The notes: generated from the sequence alone by a model not told the origin. Numbered from the stretch's first letter, positions 35,444 through 46,786 are shown. The stretch: DNA of 64,000 nt from Bacteroidetes bacterium GWE2_42_24 (GCA_001768515.1 MEOA01000045.1:97406-161405); one strand, 5' to 3'. A program made the numbers and translations.

Positions 35444-35726
35444 TCGGTTTTTATTTAAGGGTGAAACATCTAAAGTTGTCCGACCTGAACAACCGCGGGT
35501 ACATCAACACACCAAAGGCGAAAACTAGTGATTATCAGTCGGGGCAGGACTTAAGATCGTGTGTATAGCCGGGAGCATTGTACGATTACCGTCGGCAAAG
35601 ATACGAAAATTTTCTCATTCCGGGCTGAATTGTAGCAACATGGGCTTCCTGCTGTATCTTCCGGTGAAAGATGTATTGGTGTATGTACATTGATATATAG
35701 TGCTTTACCGGCATTGTTAAAAAAAC

Positions 35727-35753
35727 AGAGGCAGAGCAATGAGCTCTGCCTCT
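35727..35753 (-). terminator. Terminator after pntB
   Basis: AGAGGCAGAGC-aatga-GCTCTGCCTCT with an A-run on the left. Confidence 0.75.
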
Positions 35754-35774
35754 TGAAGATTGTATTGAGGAAAA

Positions 35775-37223
35775 TTATAGACTTTTAATCTCAGCCAATA
35801 ATTTCTGAAGGGTTTCCTTCGCATCACCGAACAGCATCCGAGTGCGATCGGCAAAGAACAAGTTGTTTTCTATTGCTGCGTATCCCTTACCCATGCCACG
35901 TTTCATCACGATTACGTTTTTAGCATCGCGTGCCTTGATAATCGGCATGCCGTAGATCGGACTCGAAGGATCATCCTCGGCGGCAGGATTAACCACATCG
36001 TTTGCTCCGATTACGATTAGCACATCGGTGTTGGGCAGATCGGGATTGATGTCGTCCATCTCAATCAGCCGATCGTAAGGTACATCAGCTTCGGCAAGCA
36101 AAACATTCATGTGACCAGGCATTCTTCCCGCCACAGGATGGATGGCATAACGAACCTCAACGCCTTTTTCTTCAAGCAACTTGTCGAGATCATGACAAAG
36201 ATGTTGTGCCTGGGCTACTGCAAGGCCGTAACCGGGTACAATTACCACCTTCTGGGAGTAGCTGAGCAATACAGCTGAATCGCTAAGGCTGATCTCTTTG
36301 ATGGCTCCGCCAACGTCGGCTATGCCGGCAGCTTTGCCGCCAAAGGCACCAACGATGACGTTTACCAGCGACCTGTTCATGGCTTTGCACATCAGGATGG
36401 TCAGGATGGTACCGGCCGATCCTACCAGGATACCGCCTGTGAGCATCGCCTGGTTGTTGTAAAGAAATCCACCCATGGCTGCTGCCACCCCGGTAAATGA
36501 ATTAAGCAGCGAGATTACAACCGGCATATCGGCACCTCCAATTGGCATGACAAACAAGACTCCATAGACCAGGGCAATGACAAACATCAGGTAAAGGTAT
36601 GTCTGAGAGGCTTCTGGTGTTTTTCCAAAGATCATGATTCCAGAGAGGAAACCGATCAGGACGATTAACAATACAATATTTACGTATCTGATCCAGGGTG
36701 CCTTTATATCGCCCAACCTGCTGTCAAGTTTCAGGAATGCAATCATAGACCCTGCAAATGATACACTGCCAATCAATAACCCCAGCAGAATCGCGAGAAC
36801 ATGACCATTGGCCAATCCTGAATCAGCTATCAGCGAGGGTTCAATGTGAGGGAATTCCATGAGAGAAATAAGGGCTGCAGCGGCACCCCCCATTCCGTTG
36901 AAGAGGGATACAAGCTGTGGCATAGCAGTCATCTTTACCTTGACGGCAATCAGCCAGCCAATTATAGTTCCAATGACAATGGCTGCGAGGATGAATGCAT
37001 GATTCCCGATTGGCTCTCCATCTTTGGTGTGAAAGAGCAAAGTAGCTACGATGGCCAGGCCCATACCAAAAGCTGCCAGCAGATTTCCTTTCCGGGCTGA
37101 GTCAGGATGGCTGAGCATTTTCAGTCCGATAATAAATAACACGGAAGCGATGATGTAGCTGATCTCAAGTATTGATCCGCCTATAGTGAACTGGTGCATA
37201 ATATTGTTCGTCAGATTTTCCAT
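35775..37223 (-). CDS. pntB: NAD(P) transhydrogenase beta subunit
   Basis: IGGADMPVVISLLNS, PGYGLAVAQAQ, HPVAGRMPGHMNVLLAEA, GANDVVNP. Confidence 0.96.
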   Translation of the reverse strand: MENLTNNIMHQFTIGGSILEISYIIASVLFIIGLKMLSHPDSARKGNLLAAFGMGLAIVATLLFHTKDGEPIGNHAFILAAIVIGTIIGWLIAVKVKMTAMPQLVSLFNGMGGAAAALISLMEFPHIEPSLIADSGLANGHVLAILLGLLIGSVSFAGSMIAFLKLDSRLGDIKAPWIRYVNIVLLIVLIGFLSGIMIFGKTPEASQTYLYLMFVIALVYGVLFVMPIGGADMPVVISLLNSFTGVAAAMGGFLYNNQAMLTGGILVGSAGTILTILMCKAMNRSLVNVIVGAFGGKAAGIADVGGAIKEISLSDSAVLLSYSQKVVIVPGYGLAVAQAQHLCHDLDKLLEEKGVEVRYAIHPVAGRMPGHMNVLLAEADVPYDRLIEMDDINPDLPNTDVLIVIGANDVVNPAAEDDPSSPIYGMPIIKARDAKNVIVMKRGMGKGYAAIENNLFFADRTRMLFGDAKETLQKLLAEIKSL

Positions 37224-37228
37224 GCTGT

Positions 37229-37537
37229 TTATTTTTTAGCTTTTTTCTTAAACATGTGCAGCATTCTGTCAGTCACTACAAAACCTCCGACTACGTTAAG
37301 CGTGCCAAGTATTACCGCGATGAATCCCAGCAGCAATGATCCCGTCGTGTGTGCATGTCCCATGACAATGATGGCTCCGATGATCACAACGCCGTGGATG
37401 GCATTGGCCCCGGACATCAGGGGGGTGTGAAGTACCGCCGGTACATGTGAGATGACTTCAATGCCCAGAAAGACCGATAGTATGACGATGAAGATCGCCT
37501 CCCTGTAATCGAAAATGAATGATAAGATGTTTTCCAT
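37229..37537 (-). CDS. pntAB: NAD(P) transhydrogenase alpha subunit, membrane part
   Basis: VPAVLHTPLMSGANAIHG, NVVGGFVVTDRML.MF. Confidence 0.93.
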   Translation of the reverse strand: MENILSFIFDYREAIFIVILSVFLGIEVISHVPAVLHTPLMSGANAIHGVVIIGAIIVMGHAHTTGSLLLGFIAVILGTLNVVGGFVVTDRMLHMFKKKAKK

Positions 37538-37643
37538 AATTTTTATTTTTCGCTTTTTGCGTTTGATTCGCGTGAGGATACAGGCCTGTTACTCTTTTCT
37601 GTTTTCTGTTGCCAGAACTCAGAAATAAGAAACCTGTTTCTTC

Positions 37644-38765
37644 CTACACCATGAATTGTTTTACCCGTTCGCTTACAACTTCACCGTTATGAGTCACGCA
37701 GGTTCCTTTAATCAGGTCGTCGTTGAAATCAAGTTTCAGTGTGCCGTCTTTTTGAAGCATCAGCTTAAGAAAATTGAGCATATTGCGGCCATACATTCTG
37801 CTGGCATCAGTAGGCATCTCGGAAGGAAAGTCAGATTTGCCCAGAATGGTAACCCCATTGCTGACGTAGGACTCGCCGTTGCGGGTTAATTCACAGTTTC
37901 CTCCAGAGGATGCAGCGAGATCGATGATGAGTGACCCGGGACGCATGGCAGCGACGGTTTCCCGGGTAATCAGTACCGGAGCCTTTCTCCCCGGAATCTG
38001 AGCTGTTCCGATGATGATGTCGGCTGCTGAAGCTCTTTCATGTATCAATAGTCGTTGCTTCTCTTTGAAATCATCAGTCTGTTCAACGGCATATCCTCCG
38101 GCAGCAGCATCTTCACGTGCCCCTTCTACCTCGATGAATTTTCCTCCCAGACTTTTTACCTCTTCTTTTACGGCCGAACGGACATCGAATACTTCAACAA
38201 CTGCGCCCAGCTTACGGGCCGTTGCGATGGCCTGCAAGCCTGCAACGCCGGCTCCGAGGATTAACATTTTGGCCGGTTTGATTGTTCCGGCAGCGCTCAT
38301 AAACATAGGGAAAAAGCGAGGCAGCAACGTGGCCGCGCTGAGTACGGCTTTGTATCCCGATACTGTAGCCATACTTGATAGCACATCCATGGCCTGAGCC
38401 CTTGTTGTCCGGGGAATGATGTCGAGACTGAATACAGATAGCTTTGCATCACCGGCAGCCTTGATCAGAGCATGCTCACCCAATGGGTTTATTGCTCCTG
38501 CAAAAATCTGACCTTCTTTCAGCTTGCTCATTTCATCATTTTCCGGGGCGTTGATGCCTATCAGTAAAGGGGCCTCCAGCGTTTGGGAACGTGGTGTCGA
38601 TTTTGCTCCCACTTTCTGGTAGTCAGCGTCAAATGCCCAGGCCGCATCACCAGCACCTGTTTCCACAAGCACTTCATGACCTCCTTTAATTAGCTCTGCT
38701 ACTACTTCAGGCAGCAATGCCACCCTTTTTTCGGTTTTCTTTTCTTTCAGAATGCCTATCGTCAT
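37644..38765 (-). CDS. pntAA: NAD(P) transhydrogenase alpha subunit, soluble NAD(H)-binding part
   Basis: EKRVAL.P, RAQAMDVLSS, GAGVAGLQA, GGYA, DLAA..GGNC. Confidence 0.93.
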   Translation of the reverse strand: MTIGILKEKKTEKRVALLPEVVAELIKGGHEVLVETGAGDAAWAFDADYQKVGAKSTPRSQTLEAPLLIGINAPENDEMSKLKEGQIFAGAINPLGEHALIKAAGDAKLSVFSLDIIPRTTRAQAMDVLSSMATVSGYKAVLSAATLLPRFFPMFMSAAGTIKPAKMLILGAGVAGLQAIATARKLGAVVEVFDVRSAVKEEVKSLGGKFIEVEGAREDAAAGGYAVEQTDDFKEKQRLLIHERASAADIIIGTAQIPGRKAPVLITRETVAAMRPGSLIIDLAASSGGNCELTRNGESYVSNGVTILGKSDFPSEMPTDASRMYGRNMLNFLKLMLQKDGTLKLDFNDDLIKGTCVTHNGEVVSERVKQFMV

Positions 38766-39064
38766 GTTTTCTGATTTAGGAATTTGTGTCACTCAAACAT
38801 CAGAAAACGGGCTTTTGTTCATGAATTTGTGATCAATATAACGTCTGTCTGTTGCCTGACCCAATCGGGAAAGCCATTGCCAGGCTGGTTCTTTACGGTT
38901 AGATTTTGGAGATTACTTCAGAAATATCTTTCAATAAAGCAGCATAGAAGATATTTCAAACTTAAAACAGGTCATTCCTGAAGATATGATGTTTAGCCCG
39001 GGATGAATGATACAGGTAAACCGCGGTTATAAGAATTTGTGAAAACATTGCGTTAATATAGTGC

Positions 39065-40108
39065 CTATGAGGTGATGCTCTTTCCCAGTTTTATGAATCG
39101 CAGCTCGATGGTTCTGTATATAATTATCGATAAAGCAACTGTCGTGATTGAAACCATAACGATAAGCATGTAAGGGTTATAGACATCCGGATAATTTGGA
39201 AGATATTGTTTAAAGTAAACGTAGATTACCGGATGAATCAGGTAAACACCATACGTTGCCATCCCGATGTTTTCCAGACTTATGGCAATGAACTTCGGTA
39301 GTTTTGGTTGCATTTTGTAAAAACAGATGACAATGATCGTCGAAAGTATCACGAAAATAACCCTTCCTGTTCCAGATACAATGACGATGTGATTGCCTTC
39401 AGATGGCATCACACAAAAAAGCAATACAGCCAGAATCAGCATCATATTTATGATGGTTGGTTTTATCCGGATGTCAAGCAGGTTGTAAAAGATTGCAATT
39501 CCTGCTACATACAGAAACAGGTTGTTGAACGGGTTCACATAGATATTCCATTGCCTCGCAATTGAAAGGTCGGCGTCGAGCAGGGAAAAAGCGAAATACA
39601 AACCAATGATCAGCGTGATGACAAAAATGGTATTTCCTGCCCATTTCCGATGATTGTATGCGGCAATGATTAATGGTGTTAAGGCATAATATACCATCTC
39701 GTTTCCTATAGACCACGCACCAACGGGTATGTAATTGGTTGGGCTTATAAACCCGAAAAGTGTAGTCAGATTCAGCACTAACGAGAAAGGATCGAAAGAG
39801 TGAGCCAGGTTGCGCTGATGAAAGACGACAAGAAGGCATACGATCCAAAATAATGGCCAGATTCTGAATATTCTCCTGATAAAGAACCTGCCGGCTGACT
39901 GAATCGTTGTAAGATACCTGTTGTAAACGATGGCCATACTTAAACCCGAAAGGATGAAGAAGATTGAAACACCATATACCCCAAGCCGGCCAAGAGGACC
40001 TGATGAGTCCAGTGGATGAATAATCCAGTTGGATAGATGGTAAAACATGATCGAGAGGGCCATGAGACCCCTCAGCCAATCCAGCGTTTCGATGCGTGCT
40101 TTGCTCAA
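39065..40108 (-). CDS. Acyltransferase_3 (OafA-like) O-acyltransferase
   Basis: LDWLRG.MAL.IMFYH, GVSIFFILSG, FFIRRIFRIWP, WSIGNEMVYY, YGVYLIH. Confidence 0.9.
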   Translation of the reverse strand: MSKARIETLDWLRGLMALSIMFYHLSNWIIHPLDSSGPLGRLGVYGVSIFFILSGLSMAIVYNRYLTTIQSAGRFFIRRIFRIWPLFWIVCLLVVFHQRNLAHSFDPFSLVLNLTTLFGFISPTNYIPVGAWSIGNEMVYYALTPLIIAAYNHRKWAGNTIFVITLIIGLYFAFSLLDADLSIARQWNIYVNPFNNLFLYVAGIAIFYNLLDIRIKPTIINMMLILAVLLFCVMPSEGNHIVIVSGTGRVIFVILSTIIVICFYKMQPKLPKFIAISLENIGMATYGVYLIHPVIYVYFKQYLPNYPDVYNPYMLIVMVSITTVALSIIIYRTIELRFIKLGKSITS

Positions 40109-40439
40109 ATGGGCTTGCTATTCGGAGTTTGTATCTGGCAGACTATTATTAAGGAGTGGGTAGTCTGGTTCTGGTATTCGGTGTCGGAAAAGATGATGAA
40201 GGATTCTGTAAACAGAATTGAAGGTCTTCTGCATGACAGTTACCATATCGGCCCCAAAAGTAGTGTTTTTCCCGGAAAAGATCTCGCATGCCTTGTTTTG
40301 TAGGATTCTTTAAATCGCTTCATCTGTTGATGAATAAATAATAGAGCCCGATAAACACGTCAGCAAATGGACAAGTGAAAATTTAAGCAACTTTTTTTGC
40401 ACCTTTGGCGCTCCGATTTGTATTTATTATTCACAAGCT

Positions 40440-41558
40440 ATGCTTTCTGTTTTTAATTCCCAAAAGATAAAGTTCTGGTCGTTTATCTCGATGGTGCTGC
40501 TGGTGTTTGTTCACGGCTATAATCTTAATATTGGTTTTCTTCAGCCATGGACTCTTCCCGGAGAGCCGCTTACCCTCACTGCCTTTACCGAGTACTGGCT
40601 TGCCAACGGTGTCTTCAGGTTTCGCATCCCCATGCTCTTTATCATTTCGGGTTACCTGTATGCCATCCATGACAGTCGCCCCTATGGACAGCGCACCCGC
40701 AAGAGGGTCAGGACCCTTTTGGTGCCTTATTTTATCTGGAGTGCAGTAGGGTTGCTGCTTACTTTAAGCCTTGAATTTAACCATTATACAAGTGATCTGG
40801 TTGAGTCAACCGGCATGATGAGGATCGATGAGTCGCGTCACTTCTTCTCCCAGTTTCACTGGTATGAAATGCTGGTATCATGGATTATTTCTCCTGCTTC
40901 GTATCAACTGTGGTTTCTCAGGGTCTTGTTTTTTTATAACCTGATGTACCCCTGGCTCAGGTGGTGTGTTACGCATCCTGTTGCCAGATGGTTTTTCTTC
41001 TCTTTTGCATTTCTTGCCTGGTTAACAACAAGTGGTTGGTTTATCATAGAGGGCGAGGGATTGTTGTTCTTTTCGTTGGGTGTTTGGATGCAGAAAACCA
41101 ATTTCAATATAGATTCACCGTCAAAATGGCTGCGCCCTCAATACTGGGTGCTTATCTTTACCGCATTCTCAATTATTAAAACTATTCTCGCTTTTAGCCA
41201 GCCTTTCGATGGTATTGAACCTGTGCTGGCGGTGATGCACAAGGTCGTGGTGTTAAGCGGATTGATTACCGCCTGGTATGGTTGTAACCGATTGGTCGCT
41301 TTTTTGATGGGGAGATCATGGTTTACATGGCTGAGTGCCTTTTCCTTCATGATATATGTGATGCATGCTCCGGCTGTTGTATATGCATCAAAGGCTATTT
41401 TTATCTATATCCCGCATTATCCGGGCTACCGGATGGTATCCTACATCATTTTGCCTGTTATTCTGATCTCTCTTGCAATTATAACCTCCCTGTTGATTAG
41501 ACGAAGCCTCCCGGGTTTGTATAGCATTCTGACAGGAGGTCGTGGGTTAAAAGCATGA
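40440..41558 (+). CDS. Acyltransferase_3 family protein
   Basis: LLVFVH, IPMLFIISGYL, KRVRTLLVPYFIWS, QLWFLRVL, SFMIYVMH. Confidence 0.88.
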   Translation: MLSVFNSQKIKFWSFISMVLLVFVHGYNLNIGFLQPWTLPGEPLTLTAFTEYWLANGVFRFRIPMLFIISGYLYAIHDSRPYGQRTRKRVRTLLVPYFIWSAVGLLLTLSLEFNHYTSDLVESTGMMRIDESRHFFSQFHWYEMLVSWIISPASYQLWFLRVLFFYNLMYPWLRWCVTHPVARWFFFSFAFLAWLTTSGWFIIEGEGLLFFSLGVWMQKTNFNIDSPSKWLRPQYWVLIFTAFSIIKTILAFSQPFDGIEPVLAVMHKVVVLSGLITAWYGCNRLVAFLMGRSWFTWLSAFSFMIYVMHAPAVVYASKAIFIYIPHYPGYRMVSYIILPVILISLAIITSLLIRRSLPGLYSILTGGRGLKA

Positions 41559-41766
41559 TAATCTGTTTTGTGGAAAGTACTTACATTGATTTCAACATTT
41601 ACTGATATTTGTAAAACATAACAGGCACTTTAATCAAATTCTGATTTTAACTACATAACGGATTCCTGATTGGTGATTATTTAACCGGTTCATCGAAGCG
41701 GTAAAGAGAATCATGTGCTTTCCTCGTGGTGAAATTGTAAGCTGTACCAACTTCACCAGTTGGTTA

Positions 41767-42201
41767 TTAATATTTCTTGTTGCTGAAATGCAGATTTTGT
41801 GTAGGTGCTGATAATGACATCTGGCTGGTTGTATCGATATATATCTGCGTTAATAATTGACTGATCAGATTCTTAATTAATATCATTATATTGCTGATTT
41901 CTGATGAAATCTTTGCAAATTTCAGTGAATATGGGTGTTTCTGAGGAAAGTTTTGTGCTTCATCGGTAAGCTTTTCAAGAGAAATCCTTAACCGGTTGAA
42001 GTGTCTCATCCTCTCTGATGGCAATTCAAGCGATAGGGATAATGACAAATCGCAAATCAATTCATTTAAAGGAGTCGTAAGGCGGGAACTCCACTCTGAC
42101 GAAAGTTCATTTACATATTGAACGGAAACAGATATTCCAGTTAAATAATTATAAAGTTGTACGATGTCAGAATCAATTGTTTGTAAATATATTGGAACCA
42201 T
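41767..42201 (-). CDS. Hypothetical helical protein (weak resemblance to four-helix-bundle proteins)
   Basis: 144-aa ORF in AT-rich DNA with an amphipathic helical pattern; no firm motif. Confidence 0.45.
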   Translation of the reverse strand: MVPIYLQTIDSDIVQLYNYLTGISVSVQYVNELSSEWSSRLTTPLNELICDLSLSLSLELPSERMRHFNRLRISLEKLTDEAQNFPQKHPYSLKFAKISSEISNIMILIKNLISQLLTQIYIDTTSQMSLSAPTQNLHFSNKKY

Positions 42202-42564
42202 TTGTTTAAGGCTTTCTTATTTTGAACTGATGGTAAAATGGTTGGATGGGTGTTTTTCCGGATAATATATATATTTATTTTTCTATCCTTTTGTATAGAA
42301 TTTCTGGAATTATATGGGTATTCCCTTCTTCTGATTTTATTATTATTGCCTGAAGGATATAGTCAATCTTTGTTGACCGATTTTAAGGATGATGAAGCTG
42401 GGATGCAATGATGTCGTATTTTTAAAATTTATTGACTGCAACATAGATTTAGATTATTGTCAAACTCTGTAATCTGATTTTAAAAGAGGTGTGGTACCAT
42501 ATCACAGAGAGATTCAATAATATCAACACTTCTTTCGTGTACCGGAATATTTTGGAATGGCTGA

Positions 42565-45500
42565 TTATATTTCAGTTTTGTCTGTTGTTAGCTTTTTTGT
42601 TTTAAACTTATCCGGCTGAAGTATATTAATTATTCTTTCTTTTCCCCGTTCAGCAATATAATAGATTACCGGAACCAGAGCGAGTGAAAGGAAAAGTGAA
42701 CTGGATAAACCGCCAATAAGTACCCATGCAAGTCCGTTTTTCCATTCGGAGCCTGGCCCATTAGACAAAGCTATAGGAAGCATAGCAATGATCATTGAAA
42801 AAGTTGTCATCAGGATAGGACGTAATCTTACACTTGTAGCCTGTAATAGGGCATCCTTTGTTGAAAGTCCTTCCTTTTTGCTGTGATTGGTAAAATCGAC
42901 AACCAGTATTGCATTCTTAGCTACCAGTCCCATAAGCATTATTAGTCCCATGAGCGTAAAAATACTTAAGGTATTTCCTGTCAAAGCCAATGCCAGTAAT
43001 GCTCCGATCATAGCAAGCGGTATAGTACACAAAACAACAAGCGGTTGCAGATAGGATTCATATAATACAACCATCAGTAAATAAATAAAAACAATGGATG
43101 CCAGGAGTGCGAAACCCAGACTCCCGAAAGAATCGGATTGCGCTTTCAGATCACCTTCGTATGCTATTGATATTTCCCGTGGAAATGTAATTGTTTGGAG
43201 TTTTTGTTTAATATCGTTTCCTACATCACCAAGAGCGCGTCCAAAGACCTGCGATTGAATTGTAATGCTTGGTATCCGGTCGTCCCGCTCAATCTTTGAT
43301 GCGCCGGTGCCATTCTGAATACTGGCAAACTGATCTAACCGGACAGGCTTTCCATATTTATTTATAAATGAAAGTGATGCAACATCTGAAGCATTTTGAC
43401 AGTTGAACTGATCATATTTTATATTAATATCATATTCATACTCTCCATCCCTGAATTTTGCATCTCTGTTACCGCTGTACGCGATTTGCATTGTAGGGCC
43501 AACCACTGCCAGGCTAAGCCCTGCATCAGCCATTTTTTGCTGATTAATTGAAACAAGAAGCTCAGGACCAGGCTCACCTGTCGAAAGCTTGACATCTGAT
43601 GTCCCGGAAATCTTTTTTACCTCATTTAAAAAGATCTGGGCATACTTTGACAAAGTATCCGGATTTGCACACCTCACAGCAATCTGGATAGGTACCTGGT
43701 CTGATCCTCCTATAGGGCTTACTACACTGGTGACAAATTTTACCCCCGGAACCCTTGATGCCAGTTCATTTCTCAGTAGTTGAGCATACAACGATGCCGA
43801 ATGTTCCCTCTTCTGTTTGGAAACTAACTTAATGGTTATTTCTGCTTTATTTGCTCCAGAAGATATATCAGTGAAATCTGATGTTCCTCCTACTTGTACC
43901 AGTATCTCAGATACTTCGGGCTTTTTCGATAAAATATTTTCTACCTCGCGAACAGAAGCATTCGTTTGCTCAATTGTGACAAATTTTGGCAGTTCCATTT
44001 GAATGATTATTTCTCCTCTGTCCCCCATGTCTACAAATTCGCTGCCAATAAACCCGAATGGAATTAATGATATAGAGGAAAATAACAACATAAGGGCAGA
44101 TGTTACGACAATAATTTTATGGTTAAACGACCACTTTAAAAACGATTCGAGCCATAATGAGAAACGATTGATAAGAGATTCAAATCCTGTAATGAGTTTT
44201 TTTAGTAACGTATTGCTGCGAATGTGTTCTAATTTTGATATTCTTGACGCCAATAAAGGGGTAAGGGTGAATGAAACAAACAGACTGATCAGTGTTGCAA
44301 CCACTATGACTAATGAGAATTGTCGAATAACATCAGAGACGATGCTATGGGCCAGTGACATGGGTAAAAAAACGGATATATCAACCAGAGTTATTGAAAG
44401 GGCTGTAAAGCCTATTTCATTACGCCCGATGATTGCGGCAGTTGCCTTTTCCTGTCCTTTTTCAATATGCCTGTATATATTTTCAATAACAACTATTGAA
44501 TCGTCCACCAGTATCCCTACTGATAGCGATAATGCAAGTAATGACATCATGTTCAGTGAGAAATTGAGCAAATACATTGCAATGAATGTAGATATAATGG
44601 AAGCAGGTATTGCAACTATTACAATAAATGAATTCCTCAGACTGTGAAGGAATACCAGCATGACTAAGGCCACTAGAAAAACAGCCAGTAACAGATCAGT
44701 TAAAACAGCATCAGCAGATTCCAACGTAAATATGGACTGATCACTTACGATTTTGAGTTTGAGCCCGTACCTGGCGTATATATCTTCCAGTTGTTCCAGT
44801 TTCTTTTTTACCAGACCGCTAACTTCAACAGTGTTGGCATCACCTTGTTTTTTTAATTTCAGACCTATAATATTGGTTTGATTATACCGGTTTATGTTAG
44901 AAACCTCTTTTCTGGTATCAGAAACAGTTGCCACATCTTTGATCCGGATGGGAGAGTTGTCCGGGCTGTTGGTGATTATCAGGTTCTCGATATCTGATTT
45001 CTTTTTGTACTTTCCTGATAATCGGACAGGAATCTGCTGTTCCGGATTTTTAATCTTCCCTGTTGGATAATCTACATTAGCTGAGAGAATCGCATTGCTT
45101 ATCTGAAGCAGCGACAATTTGTACTTTTCCAATGAGGCTGCATTAACATTTACCTGGATTTCACGTTCCTCTCCTCCAGCGATAATAACTTCGCCAACCC
45201 CTTTGACACCACTTAATTCAGGACTTATCCGATGCTTCACCAGATCAAATAACTCTGTTGGGTTAGTTTTTGCTGATACCGCAATCTGAATAATGGGAAA
45301 GTCATTCATTCCGAAAGTTGAAAGGGTGGGCGTTGATGCTTCTTCAGGCAGTTGTGCCTGAATAGTATTGATTTTCCTTTGAACAACCTGTGTGATCTTG
45401 TCAATATCAGATGATGCTTTAAACTGCATCACGATAAATGAGATGTTTTCCTGCGAATAGGATTTGATATTGTCAATGTTCTCAGTTGTTGAAACCGCAT

Positions 45501-45705
45501 CTTCAATTTTCTTTGTAATGGAATTTTCTACTTCTGAAGAAGAGGCCCCGGGATAAGTCGTTACGATGGTAAGTGCAGGCATTGCAAAATTGGGCAGCAA
45601 TTCATAGTTTAGTTTCTGGTAGCTATAAATTCCAAGGAACGATAACGCGATAAATACAACAACAATCAGCGTTGGTCTTTTTATTGATAACTCTGTTACA
45701 TTCAT
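42565..45705 (-). CDS. RND efflux permease (AcrB/SwrC-like)
   Basis: SIKRP, YPGAS..EVE, GILVDDSIVVIENI, GLVAKNAIL, RLRPILMT. Confidence 0.95.
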   Translation of the reverse strand: MNVTELSIKRPTLIVVVFIALSFLGIYSYQKLNYELLPNFAMPALTIVTTYPGASSSEVENSITKKIEDAVSTTENIDNIKSYSQENISFIVMQFKASSDIDKITQVVQRKINTIQAQLPEEASTPTLSTFGMNDFPIIQIAVSAKTNPTELFDLVKHRISPELSGVKGVGEVIIAGGEEREIQVNVNAASLEKYKLSLLQISNAILSANVDYPTGKIKNPEQQIPVRLSGKYKKKSDIENLIITNSPDNSPIRIKDVATVSDTRKEVSNINRYNQTNIIGLKLKKQGDANTVEVSGLVKKKLEQLEDIYARYGLKLKIVSDQSIFTLESADAVLTDLLLAVFLVALVMLVFLHSLRNSFIVIVAIPASIISTFIAMYLLNFSLNMMSLLALSLSVGILVDDSIVVIENIYRHIEKGQEKATAAIIGRNEIGFTALSITLVDISVFLPMSLAHSIVSDVIRQFSLVIVVATLISLFVSFTLTPLLASRISKLEHIRSNTLLKKLITGFESLINRFSLWLESFLKWSFNHKIIVVTSALMLLFSSISLIPFGFIGSEFVDMGDRGEIIIQMELPKFVTIEQTNASVREVENILSKKPEVSEILVQVGGTSDFTDISSGANKAEITIKLVSKQKREHSASLYAQLLRNELASRVPGVKFVTSVVSPIGGSDQVPIQIAVRCANPDTLSKYAQIFLNEVKKISGTSDVKLSTGEPGPELLVSINQQKMADAGLSLAVVGPTMQIAYSGNRDAKFRDGEYEYDINIKYDQFNCQNASDVASLSFINKYGKPVRLDQFASIQNGTGASKIERDDRIPSITIQSQVFGRALGDVGNDIKQKLQTITFPREISIAYEGDLKAQSDSFGSLGFALLASIVFIYLLMVVLYESYLQPLVVLCTIPLAMIGALLALALTGNTLSIFTLMGLIMLMGLVAKNAILVVDFTNHSKKEGLSTKDALLQATSVRLRPILMTTFSMIIAMLPIALSNGPGSEWKNGLAWVLIGGLSSSLFLSLALVPVIYYIAERGKERIINILQPDKFKTKKLTTDKTEI

Positions 45706-45709
45706 GGTT

Positions 45710-46786
45710 TTATTGTTTGTCGTTATTTACAATCCTGACTTTTGTGTTTTCATCGATATTTATTTGTCCGTTGAGAACTATTTGTTCACCTTCTTTGAGC
45801 CCATGCAGAACAATAGTTTGTTCGTTAACAAGATCCGATGTCAACACCTGTCTCAACTTTGCGGTATCATTTTCAACCACATATACTGATGGTTTAACGG
45901 CCCCTCCAATCAGGCAACTATTAGGAATGATAATCTTTTGTTCATTCTGTGAAATACTTAGTGTTAAGGTCCCATCGATTCCTGATATCAATAGTTGTTC
46001 AGAATTATTGACTATTTCTGCCTGAACGCGATAACGTTTTGATTCGTCAGGTTTAATACCTATTACCTTAATTACCCCATCGAATTGCTTATCAGGGAAA
46101 AGATCAGAAACCACCTTTACCTTTTGACCAGCATGAATTTTAACAAGGTCATTGGCAGTGAACCAGGCAGTAAATTTCATTTTATGAGTATCTATGATAT
46201 CGGCAACCGGAGCACCTGATGTTAAGAATGTTCCCGGTTCAATGTATTTCTTACTTACAGTACCTGATACAGGTGATTTAATAAATGTATTCCCGTGCTG
46301 CTTTTTCAAAGTCTGATAAGCACTTTTAGCATTAATCAATGAGAGTTTCACCTCTTCTAATTGTTGGACAGAGACAGCCTCGCCAGGTGAGAGGTTCTGA
46401 TAGCGATTCAATTCCTGCCTGGCTTTTTGGTAAGTTGCATCAGCCAATTCCAACTGGTAAGATAGAATATCATTCTCGAGCCGGGCAATAATCTTACCCT
46501 GAGGCACAAATTCTCCTTCTTCAATAAACAATTCTTCAACTTTACCCTGTGCTTCTGCAATGATGCTGATTTCATAGTTTGGTTCAAATGTACCGTGGTA
46601 TCTGATTTCATATGGTATTCTGCTATAATGGGCTTGGATTACAGTTACAGGGACGTCTGGTTTTGATCCGTTTACAAGATTTATACTTTCACTTTTTTCT
46701 TGCTTCACGTCTGTCAATTTATAGATAATACCAGTAGCAACCACCACAACGATGATAGCCAGACTCACTTTCCGTATTGTTTTCAT
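45710..46786 (-). CDS. RND periplasmic adaptor (membrane fusion protein)
   Basis: N-terminal anchor, lipoyl halves (GKV....EEG..V..G; IKSPVSGTV), GLKEGEQIV. Confidence 0.92.
   Translation of the reverse strand: MKTIRKVSLAIIVVVVATGIIYKLTDVKQEKSESINLVNGSKPDVPVTVIQAHYSRIPYEIRYHGTFEPNYEISIIAEAQGKVEELFIEEGEFVPQGKIIARLENDILSYQLELADATYQKARQELNRYQNLSPGEAVSVQQLEEVKLSLINAKSAYQTLKKQHGNTFIKSPVSGTVSKKYIEPGTFLTSGAPVADIIDTHKMKFTAWFTANDLVKIHAGQKVKVVSDLFPDKQFDGVIKVIGIKPDESKRYRVQAEIVNNSEQLLISGIDGTLTLSISQNEQKIIIPNSCLIGGAVKPSVYVVENDTAKLRQVLTSDLVNEQTIVLHGLKEGEQIVLNGQINIDENTKVRIVNNDKQ

Noticed and set aside
35775-38765. Split pntA as a frameshift or novelty
   Set aside because: The three-gene pntAA/pntAB/pntB arrangement is well known and both parts are intact.
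44003-44647. Long antisense ORFs (also 56007-56654, 49819-50349, 52721-53248)
   Set aside because: Shadow frames opposite well-supported genes, with no motifs.
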